From NCBI GenBank assembly GCA_964188305.1, contig OZ076888.1: a DNA stretch of 64,000 nt. One strand, written 5' to 3'. Positions 24,619-38,869 of this stretch are shown here, one piece after another. The notes under the pieces are model-generated. The model did not search any database. It saw nothing but the letters and a program-made list of their open reading frames with translations, and was not told the DNA's origin. Positions within the stretch are counted from its first letter, which is position 1; each line of letters opens with the position of its first letter. Made by a program: the position numbers and the translations under genes. This DNA comes from Podarcis bocagei (taxonomy: Eukaryota).

Positions 24619-26780
24619 ATGACTGTGGATGTCAGACTTTTTACAATCTCATCTGCTATATTCAGCAGCAATGTACCAATACCTATTATTTGGCTAAAGG
24701 AGCTGAAATTGGAGGATATGTTGCTGATTTTTGTGGTCCCCCCACCCCACCCCCATAGAATAATAAAATACCTTATTATGGCAGGGCAAATCCTCCTTAG
24801 TTGTTGATCCTAAGAATGTGATTTGTTTTCACTGATGTGTTTACTTTGTGGCGGAAGACATCTGAATCATTTTCCTATGGGCAAATGTTGCCTTCTTTCA
24901 AAACAGAAGCCAAACAGTTGTGAAGTTAATAAATTATGTGCAGACTGTATTGAATTATATTTTGTATGCTTATTGCAGTAAATGCACAGTACTTTGCTAA
25001 ATGGGCCAATATAAGAAACTTCTAAAAATATGCATAGTTTATTATTGCCAAGTGGAACTCTGGAATGTCAGTTAATAAGGGTTCCCGTATTCATAGAGGA
25101 AGCTAAAGAATAAGCCTGATAGCAGAACTCAACTCATTTTCTTGCTAGTTCGCATAGTCCATCATAACAGCCCAGATTGTTAGAAGTTTCATTAAATATA
25201 GAAAAACCTGTCTGGGTCAGATAACTTGGAACACCAGCAAATTGCTTTTTTATTTTTTTAAAAAATTCAACAGTCTTTTGGCTCTTTCATTGTAATGCAA
25301 GTAGCATTATATATAATTAACTCCTGTCTGCCACCAGTAAAACTGAAAAACTGAATTACAATCTATATGTGACTAGTTTCAATATTAGACTGTTGCTTAG
25401 TGCCAGTATGCTGTGGAAGCACAACCAAATTGTGGAGTCATTATTCAGGCTAAATCAAGAAGCAAGGGTTCAAAAACAAGCACTGGTAACACATAGCTGT
25501 GTGTAGAAGGAAGTAGAAATGTTCAGTTGTGAATGTTAAAAGACTATTGATTACACAAGTCAATCCTGCTTTACTGAAGTCAGTTTTCTATTTTCCATTT
25601 TTATTTTTTTAAGACTTATCTGACACTCACCTTAACTGCATCTCTTTTGAAATCTATTTTCAAAGTGTCCTTGATTTTGGTGGCACCTATAAGTAAATTC
25701 TTTGGATTGGAGCATAGGTTCCAATCTAGACATGTGTGCACAAGTCCCATTCCAGTCAATGAGATGGATTTCCTAGTACATGGCAGGATTGAGGTTGATA
25801 AGGGAGATATTTAAATTGCACTTTTTCTTAACAGTAGAAATTAGTGTATCAGTGTTTAAATTTTGGGTTCTGTACAAGTCACATCATCGCGAAGTAACAA
25901 ATGACAGTCATTCTGGGTTTACAAGTGGTATTTGCTTTGGCAGGATTAAAGAACCATTGAGTGTCTCTTAAACTCTCAAATTATGTTCCAGTTCAAATAT
26001 CTAATGCATGGAAAAGGTAATAAACACATCTTTTTAAAGTACTGGTAAATAGTTGTTGACCAGAAGTGATGCAAATGGAAAAAAAAGTCTTCGTTTGATT
26101 GTAATAACGTATGCTAAAGAAATATTATTTCCATAGCAAGCTTTACTTTAAATATAAAAATGTAATATTTTAAAAGGTAATAATGACCAGCTAGTATTCC
26201 AGCATTGGTATATGTGGAAAAACCTAAAGCATAACAGAATACTTTAGTTTCTTGTTGTAAATACTAAAAACCCCCACTGTAAGTCAATTTGACTTTTGAT
26301 ATCTATATATTTATATATTCAGCAGTATCCTGCAGAATGTTGGCTTTCTATGAGTTTTCAGCACTATAAAACATTTCTTGCAGAAATTCCTGTTGTAAGA
26401 AGCCTTCTAGGTGATCTTTACTTTATATACACCAGCTCTTTGATACCTGCTGGTTTTTAAACTATCTCTTACAAAACCTAAAAGTATAGATTGGTTGGTC
26501 TAAAATTTTGTTCTATGGTAAAATTGCTGAAATTATTGTTTTATCACTACAAATGTACTGTGAAGAATGTGGGATTATATTTTAAATTCAGTAGCAAAAA
26601 GCATTTCCTTGGTTACTGTGCTTTTGACATGTTTTTAGTAGTGCAATTTACGATCACATACTGGATTAGATTGAATAAAGTTTTTTATATTCTTTAGGTG
26701 TATGGTGTCAAATATAGTAGCATAGATTGCTTTAATTCCTTTAAATGTTTGGGGGAATAAACTATTAAACACTGAACTAT
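24619..26780 (+). other. MARCHF5: Probable MARCHF5 3' UTR with alternative poly(A) signals
   Basis: AU-rich and largely repeat-free; AATAAA at 24762, 24928, 26674 and 26756. The end point is inferred. Confidence 0.55.
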
Positions 26781-29399
26781 ATCCATTGCTTAATTTAACA
26801 ACCAATATATTAGTTTGATTATTTCTACTAGCATACATCAACTAGCGACATCAGATTTCAGCTCCCATAAAGGTGCTTGCTGTTCATTATCCCAGTTCTA
26901 TGAGAGCATCTTCAATCTGCCCAGATTTAGTTGTGCAGGATTATGTTGTACTGTCTATAATTCCTTTCTCTTTTCCACTGCAGATCCTTGGACCATGCCG
27001 CCATTTGCTTTGCTTAATTTCATAAAATGGCTGAGCCCGCCTTCTCCAGCCCCAAATTAGTTAACCTATTGCTTTATGCTTAATGAACATTGAGAAATGC
27101 AAGTTGTGTGGTTCTGGAAGTGATATTTCTATTGCTTTGTAGGAGATTGAAAGCCTCAATGTGCGGCTGAGACATTGGTGTTGGAAAGAGGGGTTTGAAT
27201 TTGTTAGGCACTGGAAAGTGGAATCAAGGATTCAAAGAGCCCCATGATATAGGGAAGCACTGTCACAATTGAATCAATGCTTGGCTGATGTCGTATACCT
27301 ACAGCAGCTTCAAAATTGGGTTGGTGGCTATTCTAGAGGGTTTCTCCAGTTTCTGGAGTGGCTTTTCAGGGGTTGCAGTGGGAAGGGGGAGCTTAGATTT
27401 CACAAGGAAGAATCAAAAGTTCCCATGCACAGACAGAAGATCCACCAATGCACTGGCCTTGTGCCCATTTGTGCAGTAAACCAGGAAACTATTGCGTGCA
27501 AGGCAGCTCTGTGTACACAGCAAAATCTCTTTGTCCACAAGGAATTACTGTGTTGTGCCAACTTCTATATTACAATTGCAGAGCCTTTGCTAATCCCGGT
27601 CTTCTTCCATTTAGATCACCATTAAGAGTGCTCATACCCAAGCTTTACAAATTCCAGCAGATGCATTAGGTGTCTTGTCAAAAGATGTGTAAAATCCATG
27701 GGGTTCTAGGAGTTTGTTCAGTATTCAAGCAACCCTTGTTTACATAGTAAGGATGGCTCCTGTGATCTCTCTCCCCCCCCATACACATTAGAAAAAAGTG
27801 GCAAATACAAAAACATGACTGATTCATCTGCCCACGTTGGAGTGGCTTTTTAAGTCACTGTTTTCAATTTAAAAACAAAAAACCCTGAACCATTTCATGC
27901 ACCATGAAATCCTCAACAATTGAGGCCGGTGGCACTGTGGTGTTTTGTATCCCCACCCTTAAAAAAAATGAAAATTTCTGTTTAACTTGCAAAAAGAAAG
28001 GATCCTATTTACCCCTATTAAAATTGAATAGGAAAGGCACTACCTATCTCCAGCAACTGATCAAAATTGGGTTCTTTTTGTAAAGAACTGCATTTCATTT
28101 CTTTATGTAAAAAAACCCAACATTTTAAAACATTGCAGGCATCCATTGGATCGCAGGCTAAGCTTAACTTTAGGAGGCTCATTCTTCTCCAAGTTGTCTT
28201 TATCTTGACACAGGAGTTAATACTCTCAGTGATCAAACTTGTTAGCACTCATGTTTTATTTGTATTATTTCTTATTATTAATCTACTGGGGTTTATTAAA
28301 CACCTTCCATATTTTACCTAGGCATTTTTGGTTTTCTCCTCCAGAGATTTCTAATGAAGGATGCCTCATTGGAAGGTTGTATCTTTTCCCAGCTGGTTGG
28401 TTTGTCTCTAAATAAATAAATACTCAGCCCTAAAGTGCTTGAGACTCACAGTTGCTCAACACAAAACTGCTCTAATGAATCTCAGTAGCAGTTTTGTTAA
28501 AAAATAATCATGTCAACAACACTGTGGAGGCCAGTGTACCTTAGTAACGTGTGTTTAGCAGTGTTTTTCGACTGTGATTTCCAATAAATTTATTATGTTA
28601 AACACAGAGTCACACTGAAATAAATTGTATCTTTATTGCTATCTAGGAGTTTAATAAGGTGCTCCAATTTAACTCAAAGGGAGATTGATGTCAAAACAAA
28701 TGATGTAAGAGGGTTAAGCAGACAGACGATAGCTTTAAAAGTGGGTTGTATAAAATAGGCATTGGGAGTGAGACCTTATGGGTTAAATTCAAGTTCTGTG
28801 TCTGGAATGACCAGGGCATCTTGTTCACATTACACCCGGACAACCAATTTACATTTATGGTGAGAGGAAAGCATTAACACTGCAACATCTCTCTTACGCA
28901 TCATTGAACTTTGCTTGCTGCTTTATTTAAATCTACACTTCTTTTAATTAAGCTCTTCTGTAAATAATTGAGCGTGGTTATGAGCATTTATCCTGGCTAT
29001 ATTATGAAAATACTGCCTGCAGACTGTGGAGGCAGCTTTATTGCAAAGCAATAATCATTTAGACAGCACAACAGCATGTAAGCCAGTAGTAAAAAAACTA
29101 GAATTTTATGAGTAGTCTCCTCCCTGCTGCATCGAAACCTGAACTGAATGCAGTTAGACCAACAGCAATTCAATTAAAGGCTTACTGGAGGATGGTGGTT
29201 CCTAAATAGATTTCATGTGTTCTTCTTGCTCCTATTCAATAAACACTTTGAATTTTTATTTATAGAGTATATGTTGCCAATTTAGACAACAGAACATGGT
29301 GTGTAAAACCATCATAAAAACATTATAAAATGATTAAAATGACTGATGAAAAAGGTTGCATAGACTTGTCTACATAAAAACATCTAAGGAGATGGCTGA

Positions 29400-30180
29400 A
29401 ATTTAACATACTGAATCTTTGCTGGAACAGCTCAGGGCTTCTGACACAAAATGTGCAACTCTCAATGGAGGCCAGTCAGGCCTCTGTAACACGGGCAACT
29501 CAGTGGTCAAGCCAGGACATAAGGGCTACAGTGGTCCTTACAGCATCCTGGACCCAAGTTGTTAAGAGCTTTGTATGATCTGTCTCTGTTACCAATACTA
29601 AACTGCTAACAGGCTGTTTTACCTTTATTTACTGGTTTGCCAGTATCCCAAAGGATCAAAGCACGAGTACCATGAGCCCAAACCCCAATAATGGATGACC
29701 AGCTGAATCTCAATGGGATTTCCAGAGTCCATTGTGCTATGTCTGCATTGGCTTGACTGCATTGGCGCTCCGTTTCCAAACTCATTTCAAAGTACTGTTT
29801 TTGAGCTTTAAAGCCACCTGCACCGCAGGACCCCAGTACCTCAAGGATTGCCTGTCCCCACATGACCATCATCAGAGTCTCTTCTCCGTGACCCTCCTGC
29901 GAGGGAAGTGAGGTGAGTGGCAACCTGAGAACCTGCTCTTTCAGGAATGGTTCCCCATTTGTGGAATGCTCTCCCCCTGGGAAGCATGTGTGATGCCATC
30001 ATTATTCTATAACCAGACCCTTGGCTGCTAAATCTATGGCCTTTTAAATGTGTTTGTGGGAGGATGATTTTTGGGGTGTTCTTATTATGATACGCATTTT
30101 GTGCTTTTCCATTTTGTATTTTACTGCTGAAAACCGCCCTGTGATATTCGGATGACAGGCAGTGTATGAATTTTAATCAT
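29400..30180 (+). mobile_element. Degenerate L2-type LINE 3' remnants
   Basis: Motifs tgcattggc...tttcaaagtactg...tttaaagcc, tgtggaatgctctccc and aaaccgccctg, related to the L2 tails at 33770 and 37325. Confidence 0.55.
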
Positions 30181-31617
30181 CATCATCATCAGCTTGCAGG
30201 CACCAGACTTAAGGCGTCTCTGTTTGCTCCACTCATTAATTTAGATTGCACTGAGGTGTGATTTTTGGCCAGCTATGTGGTGGTCATCTTTTTAATGGAG
30301 TGGCATAGGATTTGTCCTTTTTATAGTTATTGGTGGATGAGCACTTCTAGGAATTTTGTTCTATGTTCTCTTCTCCTGCCCCAAGAAACACCTATGACAG
30401 AAGGGACCAAAAGGAAGACCAAACTGAAACTAAAGTTGCCTTGGCAGTTTAGTTAAGCGTGGCAACTTTTCAAGTTGTTAGCACTTAAGTATCTTTGCAA
30501 GGAAGGAGGATGGGGAGAAAACCAGAAGAACTTGGCCACGCCCATAGAACCTCCTAGCAGCCCCACCAGGTCTAGTGGTTCCATTCACACTATTAAGGTT
30601 GCAGGAGGGATCTCTCCGCAGCATGGCTTGTCATAAACCACAAGGGCTGCAACCCGATGAAAAACCAGACATCTCCCAGTCATTTGCAGAAGCCATTGGG
30701 CTGTGAAATCCTTTATGGAGCTGAGCCTATATATTTGTACCTGCACATAGTAAACTTTTACTTCAGTTGACTTATTTACATTTTTTAAACAAAAATTAAA
30801 TGCTGTCTTCCCAACATCTGTTGAAAGCAGCTTAAAACAGCAGAGAGAAAAACACACCTATAATAATTAAATTCATATTTAGGAAAAATTACATATCCAG
30901 CCAATTAAAAATATCTATCCTTCTAGCAGATGCCAATTGGTGTTACATTTCTGATCAATTTTAGAGTCAATACGTTGTCAAGCACACACCCCGTCTCTGA
31001 GCAGTGAATTTTTTCATGGGAGCTTGCAAGTGCCTTGGGTTTAGTTTCTTTAGAATGAAGGTTGGTAGTGATTGTAGTGTTTCTGTGATATGGTTTTGTT
31101 TAGCGTGCACACACATATACACACACACCGTAGACTGAGCATAATATGGAAGGGCTCTCAACATTAACACAGCCAGCAGATCTTACTATTCTCCCATTAG
31201 GTTTCTAGGGGAGCTTTCACAGACTCTTAGTACTAGATTCTCATAGAGAGAGAATTCGGGTCTCTCTGTCTTTCCAACTCCCAGTTACTAGCCTGACTGG
31301 TTCTTTTGTTCTTCTGCACACTCAGTCCCACACCTTGATGGCATCACCTCCCGCCTGGTGAGAGAGGGAAGAATACCTTCCTGCCTAAGCTCACCTCCTG
31401 GAAAGATTTCCAGCTATTTTCGGAGGAACAGTTTAGCTCAAGCATAACATAACAACATCTGATACTTCACAGACTTGGCTATAGCTATTAACGTCACAGA
31501 CAGACTGGTTCGACCACTTTTCACGGTCTCTTTTTCTGCAAAATCCACTCTTGCAGCAGCTACAAGAGCACAGGAATGGAGGGGAATCCTGAGAGCACAA
31601 CCAGACTAACCCCTAGT

Positions 31618-31740
31618 CATAGAATCATAAATATGTAGAGTTGGGAGGGATCCCAAGGGAGTCCAACCCCCTGCTCTGAAGGAACCTCAACTAAACCATA
31701 CATGACTGGTGGCCATCCAACTTATGCTTAAAAACCTACA
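31618..31740 (-). mobile_element. CR1 LINE 3' end
   Basis: catagaatcata...gagttgggagggatccc...gtccaacccc; related tails at ~35023-35190, ~39260-39312 and ~46200-46264. Confidence 0.7.
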
Positions 31741-33152
31741 GCAACTTAAAAAAACCCAAACCTACACCACATCTTTTTTGCTGGGTTAAGATGGATTTCA
31801 AGGTGAATGTCTTAGGTTAAGTATTTTTATTTTCTGTGGGGAAAATACTGGTGTTAAATGCACCAAGTAATTGTAATGCTCAGAGCTGTCTCTTAACACT
31901 CCAGCTGTGCACTGCATCAAATGAACTGACATGGGGAAAACAGGAGACATTCACAGAATGTTTAGGTCTGGGAACATGAATTCTGTTGCCCACCAAAAAA
32001 AAGCAAAAAGCTGATGTGCTCATTTCTCCTGTCCAGCCACATTCCGGTCTAACAATCGCTTGATGCTATTGAGTCCTTAAGAGAGGAGGTATTATGTTTT
32101 ATCAGGCATAAACATTGTGCTCTGAGCACTTAGGAAACGTGATACCCCTGCAGCAGAAGCACAAAGGTGAGGATTTGGAGCTTTAATTGCACAATCAATA
32201 GTTTAGATTCAAGGGCCTCCATAAAGGGATGTCTGATGAAATATTGCAGTTCAGAAATAAGTTCCTGAATCCAGTATTGATATTGCGATATTGCGTTTAT
32301 TACCTTACAGAACACAGAAATCATGTGGCCTGTTCCAGCAACGCGAAGAAATTTGGTTCAGTTCGCCTTTTGATGCAAACCTACCTAGTTTCCAAAATTC
32401 ACCCTTCTCCTGATTTTGCAATGCAGTTCTCCAACCAGAAAATATGTACAGATGCATATATTTGGGGGAAATGTCTGTAAAAATGAATATTAGTGAAAAC
32501 GGCATGAGTGCATTGCTGTGCACACTGTTGTCCTGTTATTTTGTCACTGTAGTTTTATGATTTGTATGTCATTTGCAGTTTTAAAAATAACACACAGGTC
32601 CTCTTTTTTTTATTTTGGACATTTGTATCCTGGTCTTCAGCTAACAGGGCTCCCAAAGTGACTTCTATAAAATCAATACCAACCAATAAAATGCTTAAAA
32701 GCATGATAAACACTCACTGAGGTATGAAGAGAGAAGGAACAGTTATGGAGGAAGGGGGTTGGCAAGTAGTTGGGGTTGGTGAATAGAGAGAGCAGGGGTG
32801 GCAGCCTCTAGTATTTCATATATTTATATGTCACTTAATATCACTTAATGTGTCTGAGCAGTTTACAGAAATAACATATGTAATAAACTATACAATGCAA
32901 TACTTTTGCCAAAGCACATCCTGACTCCCAGTATACAAGAGTCACCCCAGTACCACAGACACAGTATACCCAAATTCTGCCTTATATCTCTACACAAATA
33001 ATACAGCACCCACTACACATCCCATTCTACTCTCACAGCTCACAAGCACCTATAAACACCACCCACCCACCCCATCACTCCTGTGCCTCCCACTTCATCC
33101 ACATCCCCAAACCCACCTTGTGCCCCCTGCTTGTGAGATGCACTCCTAAGAC

Positions 33153-33402
33153 CCAGGGGTCAGCAAACTTTCAGCAGGGAGCTGGTCCACTGTCCCTCAG
33201 ACCTTGTGTGGGGCTGGACTATATTTTGAAAGACAAAAATGAACGAATTCCTATGCCCCACAAATAACCCAGAGATGCATTTTAAATAAAAGCACACATT
33301 CTACTCATGTAAAAATACGCTGATTGCCAGACCGTCTACGAGCCAGATTGAGAAGGCGATTGGGTCAGATCCGGCCCCCAGGCCTTCGTCTTCCTACCCA
33401 TG
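33153..33402. mobile_element. hAT-type non-autonomous transposon (family of 17805)
   Basis: caggggtcagcaaact...cctacccatg; TSD cctaagac / cctaagat. Confidence 0.85.
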
Positions 33403-33759
33403 CCTAAGATGCACTTGGCCACAGGCAGCAGGGAACCATTTCTGCTGAGGTTGTGCTAAGTGGCACAAAGTCACAGGGTGGAAAAAATCAGCCCCCAAAG
33501 TTCAGAAGTCAGATGTTGATTCAAAATGCTCTAGCTAGCCAAACAAGCCCTGCAGCACCTGTCAAAACCTTTCCCTACGAGCTCATAATTTAATGCCAGC
33601 TATTTGGCCAGCTAAGCCGCAGAAAAAGCAACGCCGAGGCTACAGCTCTGGCTCCCTTGCGCACAAAATACAGAGAGCTGCTTTTGAAGGAAACCGAAAC
33701 TCCTGATGGGTACACTGATTTCTCACTACAACCATACTGGACCTTTCCCTGGCATGAAA

Positions 33760-34080
33760 ATAAAGAATAAGAATAAAGTTGTTATTTATATCCCGTCCAT
33801 CTGACTAGGTTTCCCCAGACAATCTGGGCGGCTTCCAGCACATATAAAAACATAATAAAAGGTCAAACACTAAAAACAGGGCTGCCTTCAGATGTCTTCT
33901 AAAAGTCAGGTAGTTGTTCATTTCCTTGACATCTGATGGGAGGGCATTCCACAGGGCAGGTGCCACTACCGAGAAGGCCCTCTGCCTGGTTCCCTGTAAC
34001 CTCACTTCTCGAAGGGAGGGAACTGCCAAAAGGCCCTTGGAGCTGGACCTCAGTGTCCGGGCTGGGTGATGGGGGTGGAG
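33760..34080 (-). mobile_element. L2-type LINE 3' end
   Basis: Minus ORF PARTLRSSSKGLLAVP...RAFSVVAPALWNALP...FRRHLKAALF is the L2 ORF2 C-terminus; a simple-repeat tail follows. Confidence 0.85.
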
Positions 34081-34469
34081 ATGCACCATCCCCACCCCAC
34101 CCCAATAAAAAGTGCCTGTTTTTCTCTTTCAGGTATCACTTGCGCTCCTCCGAGGAAAGGTGGGATGTAAATGAAATACATCATACATACAAGGGAACAG
34201 CTGCGAAGGACTTAGGAAGGCTCTGGTTAGTGGTATCACCTTTTTATACCTTTTTTTTAAAGGAAGCTGGCGTCCCACTTTATGACAAGACCTTGGAAAG
34301 GAAGAAATAAAATATCAGTGAAATAAATTCTCTCTTTCTGTGGTTTGTATTTGGATGTGAGAGATATCACAGTAATCTATCCTTGAGGACTTACTGTATA
34401 CATGGACTTGCCCTTTTGCAAACCAAAGCAGGCACAACTCAGGCCTCTATTCTCGGCAATGTAAGGATT

Positions 34470-34470
34470 T

Positions 34471-34530
<60 letters not shown>
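34470..34530. repeat. Compound (TA)n(GA)n microsatellite
   Basis: Directly visible. Confidence 0.98.
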
Positions 34531-34534
<4 letters not shown>

Positions 34535-35439
34535 ATACATGCAAAACAATGATCTCTCAGACAGCTGTATCTATCTAAATAAGAGAAACAGGCCACACTG
34601 TCCTGGAGGGCTCAGAGCAATGTAATATATCCCCAATTTTTTCATTGAGCTAAGCAGAGAAAGAAAATGTACAGCATACCTGGCATACACAGCAGAAAAA
34701 GGGGGTGGAAAAGACACCGCCTCTCCTACCCTTTGATCTGTGTGCCTCACAGTTTCTGCACACAAATTTTGCCTTGTAAGCATATCTGGATTTCTACATG
34801 GATCGGCTTAAGCTGTAGCAGGGAAAAGAGGGGAGGGATCAAAGCTGGGAACAAATGCAAACGAGAAAAGTAAAAGAAAAGAGCAGAGGAAACCTTGTGC
34901 AAAGCAAGGCTGCTTTCTACCAGTATTTGCAAGAATCTCTCTCTCTTTCCTCCCACATGCAGAACAAACAGCAGCCATGTGAATAATAAAAATGGTGTTG
35001 AGGAGGGCTTTAAAATATATGTATAGAATCATAGGATTCCCAAGGGTCATCTAGTCCAACCCACTGCAATGCATGAATCACAGCTAAATAATCCCTGAAA
35101 GATGGCCAGCCCTACCTGTATTTAAAAATCTCCAATGAAGGAGAGTCCGCCTTGCAAGGGAGCCCATTTCACTGTCAAATAGCTCTTCCTCAGCCCTGTG
35201 GCTCCAGTTTGAATCTACAGAGACACACAAACATATATACCTTTGCTTTAAAATAAAAAATATAAATATTAAAATAAAGACATTATGTAAACAACATCAA
35301 ACATACTGATAAAAAAGGTGGGGAGGAAAATTAGAATGGATAAGAAGGAGGGGAAGAAAAGGGAAGGCCATACCCTACATTAAATTAGGTGGTGCATATT
35401 TTATCATCACAATCCAAGACACTGATAGATCACTTTATA

Positions 35440-35860
35440 TCCTAATGTTCTGAAACATATCCTCTCCACAAACTTAATTGGACCATGTTCTGTCTCTTTT
35501 GTATTGACATAAATGAAAAATTTAGACCAAGTAGTATAAAAGTGATCTGATTTAGATTCCCCTGTAGTTAGTTTTCTTTGATATGTGAGTTGCTCAGAGA
35601 TACCTAAATCCCAGGCTCTACCAACCCAGTAATCAACTGAGGAAGGTGAGCAAGATTTCCAGTGATTAGCTATTGACATTCTTGCCCACCATATTCCCAA
35701 TCTGGGATTTGTATTGCTTTCTATCAAAAGCAAGGCCAAGACTGGATTTGGTGTTAAGTGACTGAGCTACAATTTGAGAGGTAAAATCCAATGACAGAAT
35801 ACACAGGACCATAGGTTATAGAACCGACATCACATATTAGTTTCCACTTTAGTATAAAAA
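35440..35860 (-). mobile_element. L1/Tx1-clade LINE ORF2 C-terminal remnant
   Basis: ARMSIANHWK...W...W....E.LT...F...WSKFFIY is the typical C-terminal pattern of non-mammalian L1 ORF2. Confidence 0.7.
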
Positions 35861-36961
35861 CACTCATTACCTATGATAGGGGTTGCCAACTTTTTTGGAG
35901 TACTGGGCGCAATTGATTTTGAAAGTGCTGTCAGCACCAGTCACAATTCGCAATAAAATGATTTTGCTATCAAGGAACCCATGTGGAAGAAACTGTTAGT
36001 CATGCTGACTATACTGCAAGATCAATCCTAGCATGGGACAGAGTGAAGTGTGACCATCACAGGCAGCATATATATGGGTGACATAAAAGCTTGGCAAAAC
36101 ATCAGTGATTTCAATTTCTTACATTTTGGTGACCCCAAGTGGGAGGGAAGCTGCTAAAATATTTCACATTCATCCTTTTAGACCAATTTATTTGCTGACA
36201 TAGCTGTATGAAAACATGTGGAAAATAAAAAAAATATCTACAATTACGTAATCTGTTATGGAGCCTTAAAATTTATGTGCCTTCTGCATTGTCTCAGAAT
36301 CTGTAGTATTCCTATGCATTTTTAGGATGTGAAATCCACTGCGGTCAGGGTTTTGATTTTCTACGATCAGTTTTTTTTCCATTCTTGTATCATAGATTCT
36401 TGGGAAATTATTTAAGGCACATCCTCATGACACTTAATCAGCAGATGAGATGTGATTATTCATGTGGGTGAGTGGCACTAGCAAATGGGCAGCATTTGCG
36501 AAATCCACCATCACTGTGTGGCAGGGCCAAAACAATCCATTTTAGGGTGTTTCAGGACATACAGACATTTTGGGGGGAATAACAACAAAGATTGACTGAA
36601 CTAGAAATTCAGAGGTCAAATCACAATGAAATATCACAATCCTGTAAAATGTATTGTGATTGTAACAAGCATGTTAAATGTATTCATTTATTTTTGTCTC
36701 TAAGTGGCTGATCTATACACATACACCATGGAGCTCAGTCACTTTCCATATCAAAGTAGCATCTTGCTGGTGACCTCTTTCCTGGAATCTGGACAAAGCT
36801 TGACACCCTTTTCAAACAGATGCTATTTCCATTCATCTGAGGTGACACCATAGGTCAGAGTCATGGTGGACCTGTGCATTATTAGGTTTGTTTATTTAGA
36901 TCACATAGGAGTCATGGGAGAGCAAGACAGCTTGTATGGCATCATATATATATATAAAACA

Positions 36962-37319
36962 TAAAAGTAAAGGACCCCTGGATGGTTGAGTCCAGTCAAA
37001 GGTTGTGGCACTCATTTCGCTTTCAGGCCGAGGGAGCCAGCGTTTGTCCACAGACAGCTTTCCGGGTCATGTGGCCAGCATGAATAAACTGTTTCTGGCG
37101 CAATGGAACGTGACAGAAACCAGAATGCACGGAAACACTGTTTACCTTCCTGCTGCTGTGGTACTTATTTATCTACTTGCACTTGTATGCTTTCGAACTG
37201 CTAGGTTGGCAGGAGCTGGGACAGGGCAACGGGAGCTCACTTCGTCGTGAGGTTTTGAACCGCTGACCTTCCGATCGGCAAGCCCAAGAGGCTCAATGGT
37301 TTAGACCACTGCACCACCC
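36962..37319 (-). mobile_element. Sauria SINE, near full length
   Basis: Reverse complement of the SINE head, body and tail; same subtype as the 12495 copy. Confidence 0.9.
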
Positions 37320-37324
37320 TGTTT

Positions 37325-37760
37325 TAAAACAGCTGCACTGGTTATCAGCTTGTTTCCAGGCCCAATTCAAGGCACATGTTGGTATTTAAAGCCCTAAATG
37401 ACCCAGGCCCCAAATATTTGAAAGACCGCCTCCTTCCTTACAGACCTTCTTGGATGTTGAGATTGGAAGAGGGGCCTCTCTTGGTAGTTCCTCTGTCCCC
37501 AAAGGTTCGGGACAAGGGCAGTCTGGGAGAGGGCTTTACTGTGGTGGCCCCCTAGGTTGTGGAACTCCCTTCCCACATGTCTGGCACCTACCTTATGCAG
37601 CTAGTGCTAAAGCAGCTTCTGATGTGTAATGAGTATGTTTTTAGGACCCAGCTTATCCTTAGGGCTGTTAAGTTGTTTAAAATGACTTTTAATATTGTAT
37701 TTTAATGCTGTAACCTGCCCTGGGCACTTAGGGTGAAGGGCAGGTAATTAATAAACAAAC
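37325..37760 (+). mobile_element. L2-type LINE 3' remnant
   Basis: ctgcactggtta...tttaaagccctaaatg...tgtggaactccct...gggcaggtaattaataaac. Confidence 0.7.
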
Positions 37761-38380
37761 CATTGCTCAAGCACCACAAGAACAAAATCAGCCCTAAGCA
37801 AGACTGTTGGAAGGCAGCCAAGTAGACAACATCTGCTTCCAGGTGAGTGCAGGGTGGCAAATCTACAACTGACAATAATTTTACTAAGCAAACTCTCCAG
37901 CTTGGCTTGAGCTCATGCCACGTAGCTTGTCCCTGATCCTTCAGAGTGCCTTTTATGTACATAATGTATTGCTGACAGCATCTCCCTCCAGGGCAGTACA
38001 CAACATACCAACCCTCTTCTGGGTGACTAGTAATTCTCCCTGCTCTGCAGCAGCCTGAAAAGACACAAAATGTGGGGATGGGATACCAAAAAATTGACAG
38101 GGTGGTGGCGGAGAAGAGAAGGTGTTTCAAAGGCCTATCCTGACACACGCAGAGCCTCTTGGAGCTCAAGAAGAGTCGTGTGGGGAAAACTTGGCTCAAA
38201 TGTGCATCTTCTATAAATGTCAACATTATTTTTAGCGTTGGCAGCGCACATGACAAACGAGTGTGTCATGTCATTCTTCAACCTTTTTGCTTTAAAAGAC
38301 AACAGAAAGCTTTAAAAGAAAAAGAGGGGGTTGCTACTTAATGCTCCTAGAAATTGTTCAGTAACACAGCATAAGCAGTA

Positions 38381-38622
38381 CAGTGGTACCTCAGGTTACA
38401 GATGCTTCAGGTTACAGATGCTTCAGGTTACAGACTCCGCTAACCCAGAAATATTACCTCAGGTTAAGAACTTTGCTTCAGGATGAGAACAGAAATCGTG
38501 CTCTGGTGGTGCAGCAGCAGCAGGAGGCCCCATTAGTTAAAGTGGTGCTTCAGGTTAAGAACAGTTTCAGGTTAAGAACAGACCTTCAGAACGAATTAAG
38601 TACTTAACCCGAGGTACCACTG
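38381..38622 (+). mobile_element. Tigger-like MITE (family of 4411)
   Basis: TA|CAGTGGTACCTC...GAGGTACCACTG|TA; internal tandem duplication of caggttacagatgctt. Confidence 0.9.
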
Positions 38623-38869
38623 TAATACAAAATAGGCTGCCATACTAGCAACACTTTATTATTTTGATTTTTGTATTCCTCACTCAATGCAAACACAGGG
38701 TGAAGTCCAAAACAGTAGTTCTGTTAGCGCAGCAGAACTTCCCTTGCCCTCTGTCCCAGAAATCTCCCCAAATCTGTTCAGATTTATGGAGTGAGCAGGG
38801 ATTGGTGAGGGAGGGAAGGTTCAGTAGTACAGCAAAAGCTCATTGCCTTAGCTGAACTGCTCCATTGTA

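Noticed and set aside
27130-27215. Short CR1 ORF1-like remnant
   Set aside because: Too short and degenerate to call.
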